From Octopus sinensis (Eukaryota), in contig NC_043000.1 of the NCBI RefSeq assembly GCF_006345805.1, positions 63,550,001 through 63,614,000 on the forward strand: 64,000 bases of DNA, in the 5' to 3' direction. Every line of letters begins with the position of its first letter. The first letter of the stretch is position 1. Of this stretch, positions 21,150 through 34,660 are shown one piece after another. The notes under the pieces were generated by a model. That model made no database searches. It worked only from the letters and a program-made list of their open reading frames with translations, and was not told the origin of the DNA. A program made the translations under genes and the position numbers.

Positions 21150-22990
21150 TCACACTTTCAGCAAGAGATTTTCTAAATCGTTGTGAGCTCAACAACATAG
21201 TGACTGGTGAGCAGGAAGGTGAGACTTAGGAAGGGTGGAGATGTGCCAAACAACTTTTGATAAACGAGGAGTTTATGAGAGGTAGTCCCTTAACATTTTT
21301 GTGCAGCTCGTGACAGTATGAATTGGTTTCGGGGAAGCATTCGACACTGTTTCCCACTCATGGTTGTTGAAGTCTTTGCACTCGGCAACAGTACCTGCTG
21401 TCTTACTGCTATCTTGCTGTCGTCGTGGGGCTCACAAAGACCTGGGCAACAATTCTCACACTTACTAAAGAGAGCGAAACGATCGTCTTGGTGTAATACA
21501 TATTTCAAATAGAATATAATTCCTAGGAGATAGTCTTTCTGCAATTCTGTTTCTTTTGGCATTAAATTCATTATCAGCAACTGCTAGAGATGCTAATGTA
21601 ACTCATAATTTCTTTGTAGATAACCTGAAGATTTATGCTTAAAAATTTTACAATACCAAAAGATAGCTGGAGTTAATAATAATATTTTCAAAAGATATAG
21701 AAATGGAATTTGGCCCTAAGAAGTGTTGATAACGCTTTTTCTATCTCTCCTCTTCCACACAAAGAATGCTATAAATTCCTAGACATTGATGAAAATATAT
21801 CAAAATGGATATACTGTGAACAAAGACTGAGTGATCCAAGAATATTATACCAGATTTGAAAAAAAATGGCATTCGGCGCTCTCCTCTTTTAACACGACAA
21901 TATCCCATAACGCATTTTCAGTACCGAAGCTGATATCAAAATTTGCGACACTTGACTGGTCTATAGAGAAAATCCACTCCATAAACATTAAAACCTGCAA
22001 GATTGTAACATCGAGTGGAAACGGTCGCTTAAACACTAATATTCACAGGCTCAACTTCAGAAGAGATAGAAGTACAAGCTTAGGATTAATGTAGACAACC
22101 TTCGAATGTCGTATAGTCTGACACAGTGTGTCGTATAGTCTGATGCTGTTAAATAACAGCTTCAGAAATATATAAATATAGTATTAAAAAGCAAAGAGTA
22201 CAATAACATATGTGTTGGTAGCAAGCTCCTCAGAATGTACTCTCTTCCTGATGACGTCCCATGCAACTATAAAAATATCTGAACTAACGTACCTTAAAGA
22301 AGATGGGTATGTGAAATCCTCAGCATACCAAAAAAGACTGTGCATGGGTATGTTTCCTGAAGACTTGCAGATGGCACAATTTTTGATAGGAAGTGCATCT
22401 TTTCTTGAACTCACGACCGTTACATCATATTACACTTTGAAGGCTATGTATTTGCAATCCATAAACAGGAGATCGTTACAAAATACCTAATAAACAAAAG
22501 ATTCAATGAAGCCCTTGGAACCCCGAAAATATCGAATGCGTCACATTTCTAATGACAGCATCAAACGTGTTTAGCGGCTGCACAAAAATGTTAAGGGACT
22601 ACCTCTCATATAATATGACATTAAAGCTAAAACAATATACAGTGTGACCCAATAAAAGAATGAGGTATAAACATAAGGAATCCTCAAAACAAGGAATATA
22701 CCATTAGAATATTCTCATCAAAACTTCTACCAAGTGCAAACAGGAGGTAAACGAACAAGACAAAGCTTTACAGGAAAGGTATGTCAAATCAGCTGCCATT
22801 CTGATTTGAATAGCTCTTCAGAAATCAAAGAAAAAAGATAATAACTCGGAACCTTCAACTTCTATACCCAAATTATAAATTTACATTTATACTAATAATA
22901 ATTGATGCACTTTGTTTGGTTAGTCACTGCCTAAGTAACAATCTAGAAAAGTTAAGATTTTCGGGAAAAGAAATCAACCAGCTTACACGT
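21150..22990 (+). mobile_element. Highly degenerate R4/Dong-clade retrotransposon
   Basis: Frame-broken motifs AFDTVSHSWLL, LGDSLSAILFLLAL, FFVDNLKIYA, NTTISHNAFSVPKL; homologous to 24185-26430. Confidence 0.75.
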
Positions 22991-23599
22991 GTATTACAAA
23001 TACAATCTGTAAGCGGACCAGTGGGTGTATGCATAACTTTTCTCAAGTTCAAAATGTGACATTTTTTTTATCTACATTTCAATGACTGTTTTATGTATCA
23101 TCGTTAGAAAGTAGCACCCTCATAATAGGAAGACTTCAAATAATTAAAAATAGAAAAACATAGACATACGTACATGTGTGTGTGTATACATACACACGCA
23201 TTTACACACACACACACACACACATACACGCACACACATACAAACATATATACATATATAATATATACTTATACATACATATATGTACATGCATACATAA
23301 TTATAAATATATATGTATACGTAGACTCATGTATGTATTTATATATGTATATACGTACTCATGTATGCATGTATGTATGTATGTATGTATGTATGTATGC
23401 ATGTATGTATGCATGTATGCATGCATGCATGCATGCATGCATGCATGCATGTATGTATGTATGTATGTATGTATGTATGTATGTATGTATGTATGTATGT
23501 ATACGTGCCGATTCGAATGTTTTATTTTTTGTATGTCTTCTCACACATATACTTGCATATTTAGACAAGCTCATATATACTTAAATAATAAACTGATGG

Positions 23600-23965
23600 A
23601 AAGTTTTACAGGTATTTACAGTATAGTGATGGCTTGGATGAGAAACCTAATTTCTCAAGATTGGTATTTAAGCAGTGTGCTACATATCCTAGTGCTCCAA
23701 TGATTACAGGTATAAACCCGAACTTGTAACCTGGATACAGTAACTTCAGATTTCTCAATAGTTCAGCGTAGGTATTCTCTTTTTCACTGATCTTCAGTTT
23801 TATGTTTACATCCACTAGGCAGCTGATTTCCACAGATGTACGCAGTTTCTCTTCTCTATCCCATATCATTATATAAGGTCTATTGTGTTTACATTTTATT
23901 GAGTATTTCACTGGGACATTCCACCAGTACACTTTTTTACTATGAATGGCTATGGCTTCTACCAT
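23600..23965 (-). mobile_element. 5'-truncated RLE-only copy of an R4/Dong-clade element
   Basis: KHNRPYIMIWDR...VEISCLVDVNI...FIPVIIGALGYV (ORF 23606-24025). Confidence 0.8.
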
Positions 23966-24063
23966 ACTGTGGCTTCTTATTTCTTTGTCCTCGGGATTAT
24001 ATGTATGTATATATGTATTACACACATAATAATTGCATATATATATGTATATGTATGTGTACG

Positions 24064-24104
<41 letters not shown>

Positions 24105-24130
24105 TGTGTGTGTGTGTGTATGCGTATGTG

Positions 24131-24161
<31 letters not shown>

Positions 24162-24184
24162 CTTCTATTATATAATTATCATAA

Positions 24185-26430
24185 ATCTTCCACTGAGGAG
24201 GGAGCCGGTTTCCAACAAAGATACAAGGCTCCATCTTTGGGATGTAGTTAACATAGACAAATTCACATTTGGAACTTGAGAAAAGTCTTGCATATTTTTA
24301 CTCTTTCATTCACAGATTGCACTCGCAATGTACGAATTAGCCGGTCGATTTCTCTTTCTGAAAATCGCAGTTTATCCAGATTCTCCTTTAAGCATTTACT
24401 AACAAAACCAAGCGTTCCAATTATTATTGGTATGAATATAAACTCATAGTCTGGATTTAGAAGCTGGAGGTTTCGAAGCAGTTATCCATAGAATCCTTCG
24501 ATTTTCGAAGAGATATCTATATCTGCAGGGCAGCTGACCCCTATGATGGTACATACTTTTGCCCCTCTGTCCCAAACAACAATATCAGGCCTGTTATGTT
24601 CACATTTGAGAGAAGCTTTGATAGGAATATTCCTCCGCCAGTATTCCTTGAGTTGGTGTTTATGAATAAATTCCATAACAGGGATTTTCTAAGATTATTT
24701 CAGGATAGTCTTTTTTCCGGATGGCATTGTAAATTGTTTTAGCAACAACATCGTGCTGCATAGGGAGGTAGTACTGTGATAACATTTTAGGACAGCTGCT
24801 AATCACAAGAGCGATGTCTTCCACAGAAACATGACAAAGCCTACACATGCGGTTGCACCTTGGGATTACAAGAGCGTCACTGTCTCTCTTGTTCACCAGG
24901 TACTTTGTGGCAATCTCCTGTCCTTGGATTGCAAACGCATAGCTTTCAAAGTGTGATGTAGTGGTCTTGTGTCCAAGAGAAGCTGCGCTTTGTGGCAATT
25001 CTACTGTCTTCAAGCTTCTGGGTAATATACCCATGCAGTCTTTTTTTTTTTGTATGCTGAGTGCTTTCCATCCAGCTCTTCTCTGAGGTAAGAGAGCCCA
25101 GCTGTTTTGGGGCTGTACAGGAGATCATCAGGAAGGGAGTGCTTTTTGAGGAGCTCATTGCCAACTCGTACAACGTTGCTCACTTCACTTTTCAGCACTG
25201 CATTTATATATTTATTCTTGCGGCTGTTGTTTAGCAGGTGCTGCCTGAGTGATACCACACGGGATTCGAAGACCGTCTACACTGATCTCAGGCCTCTACC
25301 ACCTTCATTTCTTTTTAGGTTGAGCCTGTCAACATCACTGCTTCTGTGGAAGTTCCCAGTTGTAAGGATTATGCGGATTTTGATACCTATAGAGTGGATT
25401 TCCTCTACAAACCAATCAAGTATTCTAAATTTTGGGATCAGCACTGGTACTGCAAATGCATTGGGGGATATTATTTTGTTGTAAGAGGAGAGTTCCGACT
25501 GCCATATTTTCCTAAGTCTGGCGTAATATTTTCGGATCATTGTATTCACAATGCCTTCATATGATACATTTTCGTCTATGCCTAGGTACTTGTAACATTC
25601 TTTGTGTGGAATGGGTAAGATAGAGAGACCGTTGATGTACAGGTTTTGGGTTTGGGGGACTGACTTTCCTCGTTCTATAGCCAAATATGAACATTTCTTT
25701 TGGTCAAATTCCATGCCTATACCAGCTGAAAATGTTGTTATTAATTCCATTTGTTTTTTGGCATTGTAAACACTTTTAACATAAATCTTCAGGTCGTCTA
25801 CAAAGAATTTATGAGTTACTTCGATATTTCTAGCAGTTGAAGATCCTAGCATGTAACCACTTGTTTTCTGCAGTAGGAACGATAATGGATTCAGTACCAA
25901 AAAAAAAAAGAAGTACAGAAAGACTATCTCCCTGGAATATTCCCTTTGAAATGCCTATACTGTCAGAAACAATTATCCTTTTCTCAGTTACAAGGGTAAG
26001 AACTGTTGTCCATGTCTTTGTGGGTCTTTCTATATCAGAGATTAAGGTAGTATGTACTTTTGTCAGATGTAGGCACTTCAACAGTCATGAATGAGGAAGA
26101 GTCAAATGCCTTTCAATAGTCAAGCCATACCGTCACAAGATTTCTACGTTGTTTTTTCACTTCAGACAGTACAGCTTTGTTTATCAAAAGCTGGTACGGC
26201 ACATCCCCACACTCCCTTCTTTCCACCAGCCTGTTCATCAGTCACAATGTTGTTCTGGAGGTATTGATTGAGGCAACTTGTGTACAGTTTCTACATAATG
26301 TTTAAGCAAGCAATGGGCCTGTGGTTTCCTGCCACCTCGGTGATTTCATTTTTGGCAACAAGATTTGCTCTTGCTGTAGCAAGCCAATTCGGTATACCAG
26401 CCTGACCTTCCATAGTCATTTTGAACATAC
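24185..26430 (-). mobile_element. Degenerate R4/Dong-clade retrotransposon (RT, CCHC, RLE, 3' UTR)
   Basis: NHRPIACLNIM, GIFQGDSLS, HKFFVDDLKIY, CRLCHVSVEDIALVISSC, EHNRPDIVVWDR; stop followed by a 3' UTR stem-loop near 24185-24240. Confidence 0.9.
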
Positions 26431-26433
26431 ATA

Positions 26434-26663
26434 TACTCTTTACTCTTTTACATGTTTCAGTCATTTGACTGTGGCCATGCTGGAGCACTGCCTTTATTCG
26501 AGCAAATCGACCCCAGAACTTAATCTTTGTAAGCCTAGTACTTATTCTATCGGTCTCTTTTGCCGAACCGCTAAGTTACGGGGACGTAAACACACCAGCA
26601 TCGGTTGTCAAGCGATGTTGGGAGGACAAACACAGACACACAAACATATACACACAAACATAT

Positions 26664-26709
<46 letters not shown>

Positions 26710-26872
26710 GACGGGCTTCTTTAAGTTTCCGTCTACCAAATCCACTCACAAGGCTTTGGTCGGCCCGAGGCTATAGTAGAAGGCATTTGCCCAAGGTGCC
26801 ACGCAGTGGGACTGAACCCGGAACCATGTGGTTCCTAAGCAAACTACTTACCACATAGCCACTCCTACGCCT
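26434..26872 (-). mobile_element. tRNA-derived SINE-A, full-length young copy
   Basis: Head ggcgtaggagtggctatgtggtaagtag...ggttccgggttcagtccc (A/B boxes), internal (TA/CA)n, (aaagagt)n tail; many other copies in the window. Confidence 0.9.
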
Positions 26873-27739
26873 ATATCAAATGGTTTCTAAAAAATGTCAA
26901 CTTCTTGTACCAATATCCAACTATTAGGTCCCTTCCAAGTGCCTTCCCATTCTGCAATTTGCCTACTGTTTTAGCGAAGGTTTCTGCATCAACTTTGCAT
27001 GTTTTACTGTTAGTGTTGATACAGGGTTCCTCTCAATTATATTTAACCATGCTGCAATCAGATTGAAATCCCTATTTTCGTTCAAAATGTATGTATGCGC
27101 GTGGGTGTATATAGGTCGTTGACATTAATCACTCTCGCCAGCATTGCCATGAACGAACTCTGCATTAATTCTATGCAATTAGGTTTACCATTATTGATAC
27201 AATGATTCAACTATCAGTTATAGTTGCTTCTTAACACTGCTTGTATTAAAATCAATATATCACATATATCGATCTTAAGGATTTCATGCATATTTTTTTA
27301 TCTGTAAGTAAATGCAATAAATTTTTAACGATATAATAATGTTCCTGCTAGACTAGTGAATTAGCAGAAACGTTAGATAACTCGACAAGGGAATTGTAGT
27401 AGCGAGTTTTGAATCTCTACAAGCCGAGTTCAAATTTTTTCCACTGTAAGATTCATATTTCCTGTCTTTTTGATTGGCAGTTGTCGTTTAGCTCCTGATG
27501 AAACAGGCCTATGACCACATACGTCCCAACCGTATTCATTTTTTCCACTTGGAGAGAATCCAACGCACATTATCCAACGTTTCTCTTTAAAAATGGTTGG
27601 ATGCGAATTTTTGGAAGATTTGGCTGCTATCTCAAGCCAACCAAGAGACCACGTACACCCTCACTCATTTGCACCAGCAAATATCTGTATTATCTTAAAA
27701 TCGATTCAATCGAGTGCATCCCTCCACCACACACACATA

Positions 27740-27780
<41 letters not shown>

Positions 27781-28774
27781 TTATCTTTCTCTCTGTTACT
27801 CAGTTACTCACAAAACGTTATCGTTGTGAATGACAAACCGGCTATATTATTAGCCTTTTACAACCTTTTGTCTGTTTATTCGATTTGCGTGTTCTGCGCA
27901 CTCATGTTTGTGTGATTAGAGTATGTATTCTTATTTAGTGAATGTATTCCTTTCTTGACTTAGAAATCTAGAAAGAATCAACTGATCAATATATTTCCCT
28001 TTCATTCTAGATATCTTTGATTGTAATAAACGTGTCAAATCTCAGGTTCGATGACCTTATTAAAGCTAGCAACGTTATCGTGAAGAATTACTTATTTCTA
28101 GCCATGAAATTTTAGCCGCAAAATATAAAAATCAAAAGGATAACAGCGCACAACAGAGAAGCGTTGAAATTCTAGTGAACTTCCAGATTGATAATTCTCC
28201 TCTGGAAAATGCAATGCTTTTAGAGATTCAATTAGCATAGAGGAAAACGATTTGAGAAATTTGATAACACATCGCTTACTTCGTCTTACATATATGCACA
28301 CGCACATGTAAGTGTAAGGGCATGTTTGTGTATGTGTGTCTATGTCTAGATATGTGTGTGTGCTCACGTAGAGTCCTTGTATGTAGAAGTGTTTACAAGT
28401 TCCTTTCTCCTATTTTACAAGCTGGAACATGATGGAACTAAAATTTTGTCAAAGTGTAAATTTATACCAGATATTATAAAATACCCAAATGACGAACCAG
28501 TTAAGAACTATGAATGTGATCGTTCGATATGCTTGTACTAACAGTCAAATATCCCTCAATTCACGCTCTGCAATCCTAAAAAGTAAAGTGCATATTGGAT
28601 AGTGACTTTACTCCCTGGAGGTCGAACAGCTCACACAGCATTAAAGCTGCCATTCAATCTAAACTTCAAATGATGAATTTGTCTGCAATATTAGCAAAAG
28701 TTCTTGTTTATCTCAAGTTCTCATCAAACCAATGGTCACTGTATGATCGGTGATAACAATTAACTTCCTGATAT

Positions 28775-28819
<45 letters not shown>

Positions 28820-28822
28820 TTT

Positions 28823-28983
28823 ATTAATAAACCTGCAAAGACATCACAAAAACTGTTACTCGGTGTTTCACGTTCCCGCTTGTCGGACAGTTTTGGCGGA
28901 GAATGGATCAACCAAATCTGTCCGGCGAACGGGAACGTGAAACTCTGAGTAACGGTTTTTGCGATGTCTTTGCAGCTTTATTA

Positions 28984-28985
<2 letters not shown>
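28823..28985. mobile_element. Palindromic MITE-like element inserted in (TA)n
   Basis: ~70-bp arms (attaataaacctgcaaagacatcacaaaaactgttactc... / ...gagtaacggtttttgcgatgtctttgcagctttattaat) with ~8 mismatches. Confidence 0.8.
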
Positions 28986-29020
<35 letters not shown>

Positions 29021-29236
29021 ATATATAAAATATATATATATATATACACATATATATATACACATATATATATATATATACATACATACATATATACATA
29101 CATGTGTGTGACAGAGACACTCTGTATGTGTACATATATAGATGTCTGTACACACACACACACACACACACGCGTTTGTGTGTGCGTAAGGGTAATATAA
29201 CACAAGAATGGAAGATAACAGGCTTTAATAGTAGAT

Positions 29237-29379
29237 CACAACATTTGTTTCAGCACCGCACGCCAGCTCTAAGTTTCTGACTTTATATTCATATATCATT
29301 ATAGAAGATCATTCTTTACAGTTATTATATAGTTGAATGTTTATCAATAACAGCCGTGTGTGGACGCTTCATCCGGTGG
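29237..29379 (-). ncRNA. Degenerate type-I hammerhead-like fold with ~105-nt loop II
   Basis: CCAC-CGGAUGA-AGCGUC...GGUGCU-GAAA-CAAAUG-UU|GUG; U4G core change and only 3 bp of helix I. Confidence 0.4.
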
Positions 29380-29380
29380 A

Positions 29381-29411
<31 letters not shown>

Positions 29412-29846
29412 TGTATGTATGTATGTATGTATGTATGTATGTATGCATGCATGTAAATTTATATATATATAATGGAAGAAAATCATTGATTACATAGTCT
29501 TTGAAGTTGCCAAACAAGAACGTAAAAGACTGTCGATTATATGAATCAATTGGAAAATAACCACGAGCCTCTTAAATGTCTAAATGTCAGAAGAAATTCC
29601 ATATTACTCGGAAAAGTTCGACATGCTGGGAAAAAAAACACGGCAGGAAACGATAACTGAGAAACCTACTAAATATGTTAAGTTTTCATGTAAATAAACT
29701 TTAACACTGATTGATTTTGGGAAATATTGATCAAACATAATATTAGTGTTAACAATCTTAGAAAATGACGCAGATAGAAATTCATGTCTGTTTAGCTGGC
29801 TGGTTGGCTGGCTGTATGTATACCCACAGCGACACACACACTCACT

Positions 29847-29882
<36 letters not shown>

Positions 29883-29897
29883 CTTACATATGCACTC

Positions 29898-29998
<101 letters not shown>

Positions 29999-30099
29999 TC
30001 TAGATAGAAGGTTATTTGCATCTCCACTGTTGAATGTATCACGTACTCGGAAATTTTTTTGTACATCTTACTACCAAAAACAGTAACTGGGTTCGGAGA

Positions 30100-31316
30100 T
30101 AATATAAGAAAAAGTTCAATATTTTAGTAAGGTGGGGAGTACTAACCAGGAATAAACAAGAATTCCCACAGACTCTCAGTCACCACAACCTTGAGTACTG
30201 ATAGGGGCTCACAGTCTTCCGGCAGCCGGGCAACGTGGTCTTTTTCAGAAGACTTTAATTTTCAGGTAGGCTGTGCTACCGTTAAGATATAGTTGGCTCC
30301 GGATAAACTCTACGGGCATCTTTGTACCGTTTGCCACGCCTATCTGAAATGCGCATAAAGGAACGAAATCGTATTTTATGCGATTGTACAATGCCCAAGC
30401 ATTTCCGACTTGTGTATTTATGTCGAACACTTGCTATCGTGTATACGACGTACCGGGCTATCGATCAAGGCCATCCTGCCGCCCATCTTTGGCCGGAAAG
30501 TCTTTCTCAATCTGGAGGCTATATGCATTAAGTTGTATTAGACGAAACTAAGAGGACTGAAGGTACCCTTTCCTTTTCGACCTAATCCATAGTGATTAAA
30601 AGAGAGGGAGGGAGAAGTTGATAGGTTAGTATCTAATAGAGAGGAGTAGTTTTAAGGGTTTCTAATTGAAGAGGAGAACTGAGAGAATAGGAAAAGACTA
30701 CCACTTGTGAGGATGGGGAGGCGAAGAGGGAGATGTGATGTAGTGGTTAGAGGAATTTGCAAAGGTAATCATAAGAAGGAATTGTTTAATAGGAAGGGTG
30801 GTATTAGTGGAGGGGTAAGTTGTTAGTCTGAGCTTGTCGTACCTCAAGGTTAATTATAATAAAGGATAATTATAGTTCTGGAATTACATAGATTTAATAA
30901 TACGGGCAAATACCGAATAGAACCTTTGTTTACAAGATAGTATTATATCTGAGAATATATTAAGTAATGGGGTTGTGGTTGCGAAGGATTGTTAGCGATC
31001 CCCTTAAATATGATTTATAAGTACCGATGTATTTATACCAGGACAGGGTATAGGGAACATTTTGAGATTCGAGTTTGTATCTATAAGTTGCCAAGTAAGT
31101 AGATAATTTAGAATTTGGATTGGAGAAAGAGATTATGTGTGCTGCGTAGCGGCGCTTGAAATAAACAGTGCCGCCGACATAGACCCTTGCTTGATAGGTG
31201 TTATAACATGGCACTTCTATGTAATCCTAGAACTATAACTAGCCTTCATTATTATTAACTTCGAGGTACGACAAGCTCAGCCTAGCAACTTACCCCCTCC
31301 ACTAGTACCACCCTCC
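30100..31316 (-). mobile_element. Penelope-like element: GIY-YIG endonuclease 3' end, pLTR and next ORF 5' part, with an inverted partial pLTR
   Basis: ORF 30960-31214 (RVYVGGTVYFKRRYAAHIISF...STYLATYRYKLESQNVPYTLSW) is GIY-YIG-like; ~100-bp inverted repeats at ~30792-30890 and 31217-31316. Confidence 0.75.
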
Positions 31317-31989
31317 CGTCAGATTACTGTTTTAATCAAACTTACAAAAAAGGACAAGCAAACCCATACAGACATACGAATATATATAACTGTATAATAA
31401 TATATCATGATATATATTCTTCAATTTGAAGCGACAATTTTTAAATACAAACAAATGACCGAAGAATGGTGCGCTAACTCTAACCAGAATCGAACCCTCA
31501 AATCAACGCTTACACGACTCCTTGCGCATCCAAATGCTTACATGATCCCAAATGCTCACCCATCAATTTCAACCAAATTTAATGAATATATACTTAAACT
31601 GACTCATAGTACATATAATATTTGTAAACAAACCAGAAAGGCTTTGTAAATTACGGAGAGAAAGCTATGGAAGACTCATAGTATAATAAATACATACATA
31701 CATACATACATACATACATACATACATACATACATACATACATACATACATACATACATACATACATACATACATACATACCAAATTGAGTTAAAACTTT
31801 TTCAGATTTTCTATAATGAATTTTGACAACTTGAGTCTCCATTTTAAATCATTAATTTGATGCAACTTGCGCAATTGTTGCTGAATTGTTTATTCTTTAT
31901 TCTCGTATACGAATATATCATATAATCATTAACAGCTTATCTATTCTTTTACTGTTTTGACAATGACTGGTAAACATTTAGCGCGAAGA

Positions 31990-32660
31990 TCTATTTTACG
32001 CTAACTGTAGAAAACAGGAGTGAGTGCATGAAAAGCAGAAAAAAAATTAATGATGTAGAACACTCTGAAAGTGTGGCACAAAACTTGTTCAGACGTATCA
32101 AGGAAGGTGATTCCAGATTCGAAGACAAGCCAAGGTCAGGAAGATCTTCTGTCGTGGAAGACGAGGCCTTTCTAGAAATGATTGAGCAACAGCCAATCAA
32201 AAGTGCTCGTACGTTGACAGCAGAAGTTATTCCTTCATAACACACCACATATCGACACCTCCATATTCTCGGCCATGTGAACAATGAGTATCGAGAATTT
32301 CTTCAGGAACTGACCAATGGACGACGAGTGAACATTTGCAAGCAACTGCTGGCAAATCCTCGTGAGATTCGTTTTTGGCATCAAATTCTAAATGGGAATG
32401 AAAAGTGGATCTATTTTTACAATCCTAATAAGAGATATCTGTAGCTGTTTTGCCAGGCTTCACAACCTATTGTTAAACAAGGGTGTGTGAACAGGTGGTC
32501 ATGTGTGTTTGATGGAATTTCGAAAGGATGTTGGACTTTGAAATTATTCTTGATGGTCATGCTGAAAATGCTAACCTTTATGCTCAACAACTGCAACAAG
32601 CATAGTATACTTTGAAAGCACAATACATGGCTTTGGTCGATCGAAGACGACCAATAGAAT
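31990..32660 (+). mobile_element. mariner transposase remnant
   Basis: FRRIKEGDSRFEDKPRSGRSSVVEDE, GNEKWIYFYNP, and cyclic stops. Confidence 0.8.
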
Positions 32661-32738
32661 AAGAAAAAGTTTTGACTCGGCTTGGAATGTGTGTGTGTGT
32701 ATGTGTGTGTGTGTGTGTGTGTGTGAGCATCACGAAAT

Positions 32739-32786
<48 letters not shown>

Positions 32787-32819
32787 TATATAGATATATA
32801 TATATATATGAAAAATAAA

Positions 32820-33349
32820 AGTTGAAAATGCACTGAGAATAGTTAAAATATTTTTTTAATTATATTTAATGATTTAACCGGTTTCACAGTGAACACTGAA
32901 TAGTGTTTGAAGCTTGTCCTATTTTTATAAGGAGTTCATGGCTCAAATCTGTATATGTTTAGGATAGGACTTGATTGATAGAGGTTAGTCGCTAAGACCA
33001 GTCATGTTGACTGAACATTTCAGTTAACCGTGACAGCCTTAACTTACGACGCCAAACATTGTCACTTGATACTAAGACACGAACGTAGCGGGGAACTTAA
33101 GAAATTTCTAAGACTGGTCATGTAGCTATCTTCTACCAATCAAGTCTTATCTAAAACATATGCTAAGTTGAGCTATGAACTCCCTATAAAGATAGGACAA
33201 GCTTCAAACACTAGTTAGAATCAAGACGTTGTGACATAAACCACGTCTTTCAATTTCAACCTTTTGAAAATTGGTGTAAGCTGTGAAACTGGTTAAATCT
33301 TTAAATATAATAAAAAAATATTTAAACTATTCTCAGAACCTTTTCAACT
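32820..33349. repeat. Large imperfect fold-back (PLE-terminus-like)
   Basis: 32820-32889 pairs with 33281-33349, and 32901-32990 pairs with 33121-33213; the right arm has ~65 extra bp. Confidence 0.8.
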
Positions 33350-33395
33350 TCCATTTCTCCTATATTTCTACTCATGGGGAATAAAATAACTTTGT

Positions 33396-33435
<40 letters not shown>

Positions 33436-33445
33436 ATATATATAT

Positions 33446-33755
33446 ATCACCGTGATCACCGTGATCGACCAGGCCATCAGATGTTGTTACACATCGCTGG
33501 TCACAATGCGCTTCGCATTGTTTTAGCCTTCAAATTACGCCACCCCGCTGGCTAAGCGAGCAGACCAACAGAAGAAAGAGTGAGAGAAAGTTGTGGCGAA
33601 AGAGTACAGCAGGGATCGCCACCACCCCCTGCCGGAGCCTCGTGGAGCTTTAGGTGTTTTCGCTCAATAAACTCTCACAACGCCCGGTCTGGGAATCGAA
33701 ACCGCGATCCTACGACCGCGAGTCCGCTGCCCTAATCACTAGGCCATTGCGCCTC

Positions 33756-33756
<1 letters not shown>
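33446..33756 (-). mobile_element. tRNA-derived SINE-C, full-length
   Basis: Reverse complement of 55788-56087; (tcacggtga)n tail. Confidence 0.9.
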
Positions 33757-33828
<72 letters not shown>

Positions 33829-33857
33829 GTGTGTATGTATTATGTATCTGTGTGTGT

Positions 33858-34660
33858 ATACGTGGTCTGATCAATAAGTATCTGGACTGTTGTTATAGTA
33901 ACGAAGCTAAAGCACGCAAAGTAAAGTCGCTCGGCACAGATTGACGTTGAACTCTGCTAAATATGTGCACTAAGTTTTAACGTTCTAGCTCACTTCCACT
34001 ATTTACAGCAGTGCTTGGAAGGAAGGTTTCTAGCGTGTGATCGTCACATTGACCATGACAGAGAAAGCTGAGCAGAGAATCTGCATCAAATTTTGCTAAA
34101 AACATGGCGATACCTGCTCAGAGGACTATGCAAAGTTTTCAAAAAGATTTCATCGTTCTCGATACCCTCAGAGAGTTCTTGCACAGCTTAAACCCGAATG
34201 CCCGAATGCCTTTTTGGTCAGCTGAAAGCAGCTTTGGCATAAGCTTGGCAGACACGCATCTCATACCCAAATCTTAAGTGATAATGGAATGAATTGAATT
34301 GAACCACAACTAATTTGCACATCCTCTGATAACTCATGGATGCGGATTCGAAGATTTTCCCTCGGTGCTGCACGCATATCTGTAATGTTTTTCTTAGTCC
34401 TGCTGGTTGCGGGTCTCCCAGAACGTTCGTCAATATCGACAATTTTTTCAACCATCTTGGAAACGTCTGAACCACTTGTGTGCGACTCATACGCTCCTCT
34501 CCATATACTTTCTGCAACTTTGCGTAGGCCTCTGGTCAATGCAACGATCACACGCTACGCACCTTCCCTCCAAGTACTTCTGTAAACAGCGGAACTTAGT
34601 GCACATGCAATGCAGAGTTCAAGGTCAATCTGTGCCAAGCAGCTTTACTCTGCATGCTTT
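33858..34660. mobile_element. Two partial copies of one mariner family in opposite orientation (33858-34140 +, 34145-34660 -)
   Basis: + strand: MTEKAEQRICIKFC...; - strand: EAYAKLQKVYGEERMSRTQV...DIDERSGRPATSRT; shared 5' leader (gcacagattgac...gtgcactaag...gcgtgtgatcg...cattgacc). Confidence 0.75.

Noticed and set aside
24185-24245. SECIS-like AUGA stem-loop on the minus strand
   Set aside because: It lacks the 3' GA of the kink-turn and lies in the LINE 3' UTR; more likely an RT recognition hairpin.
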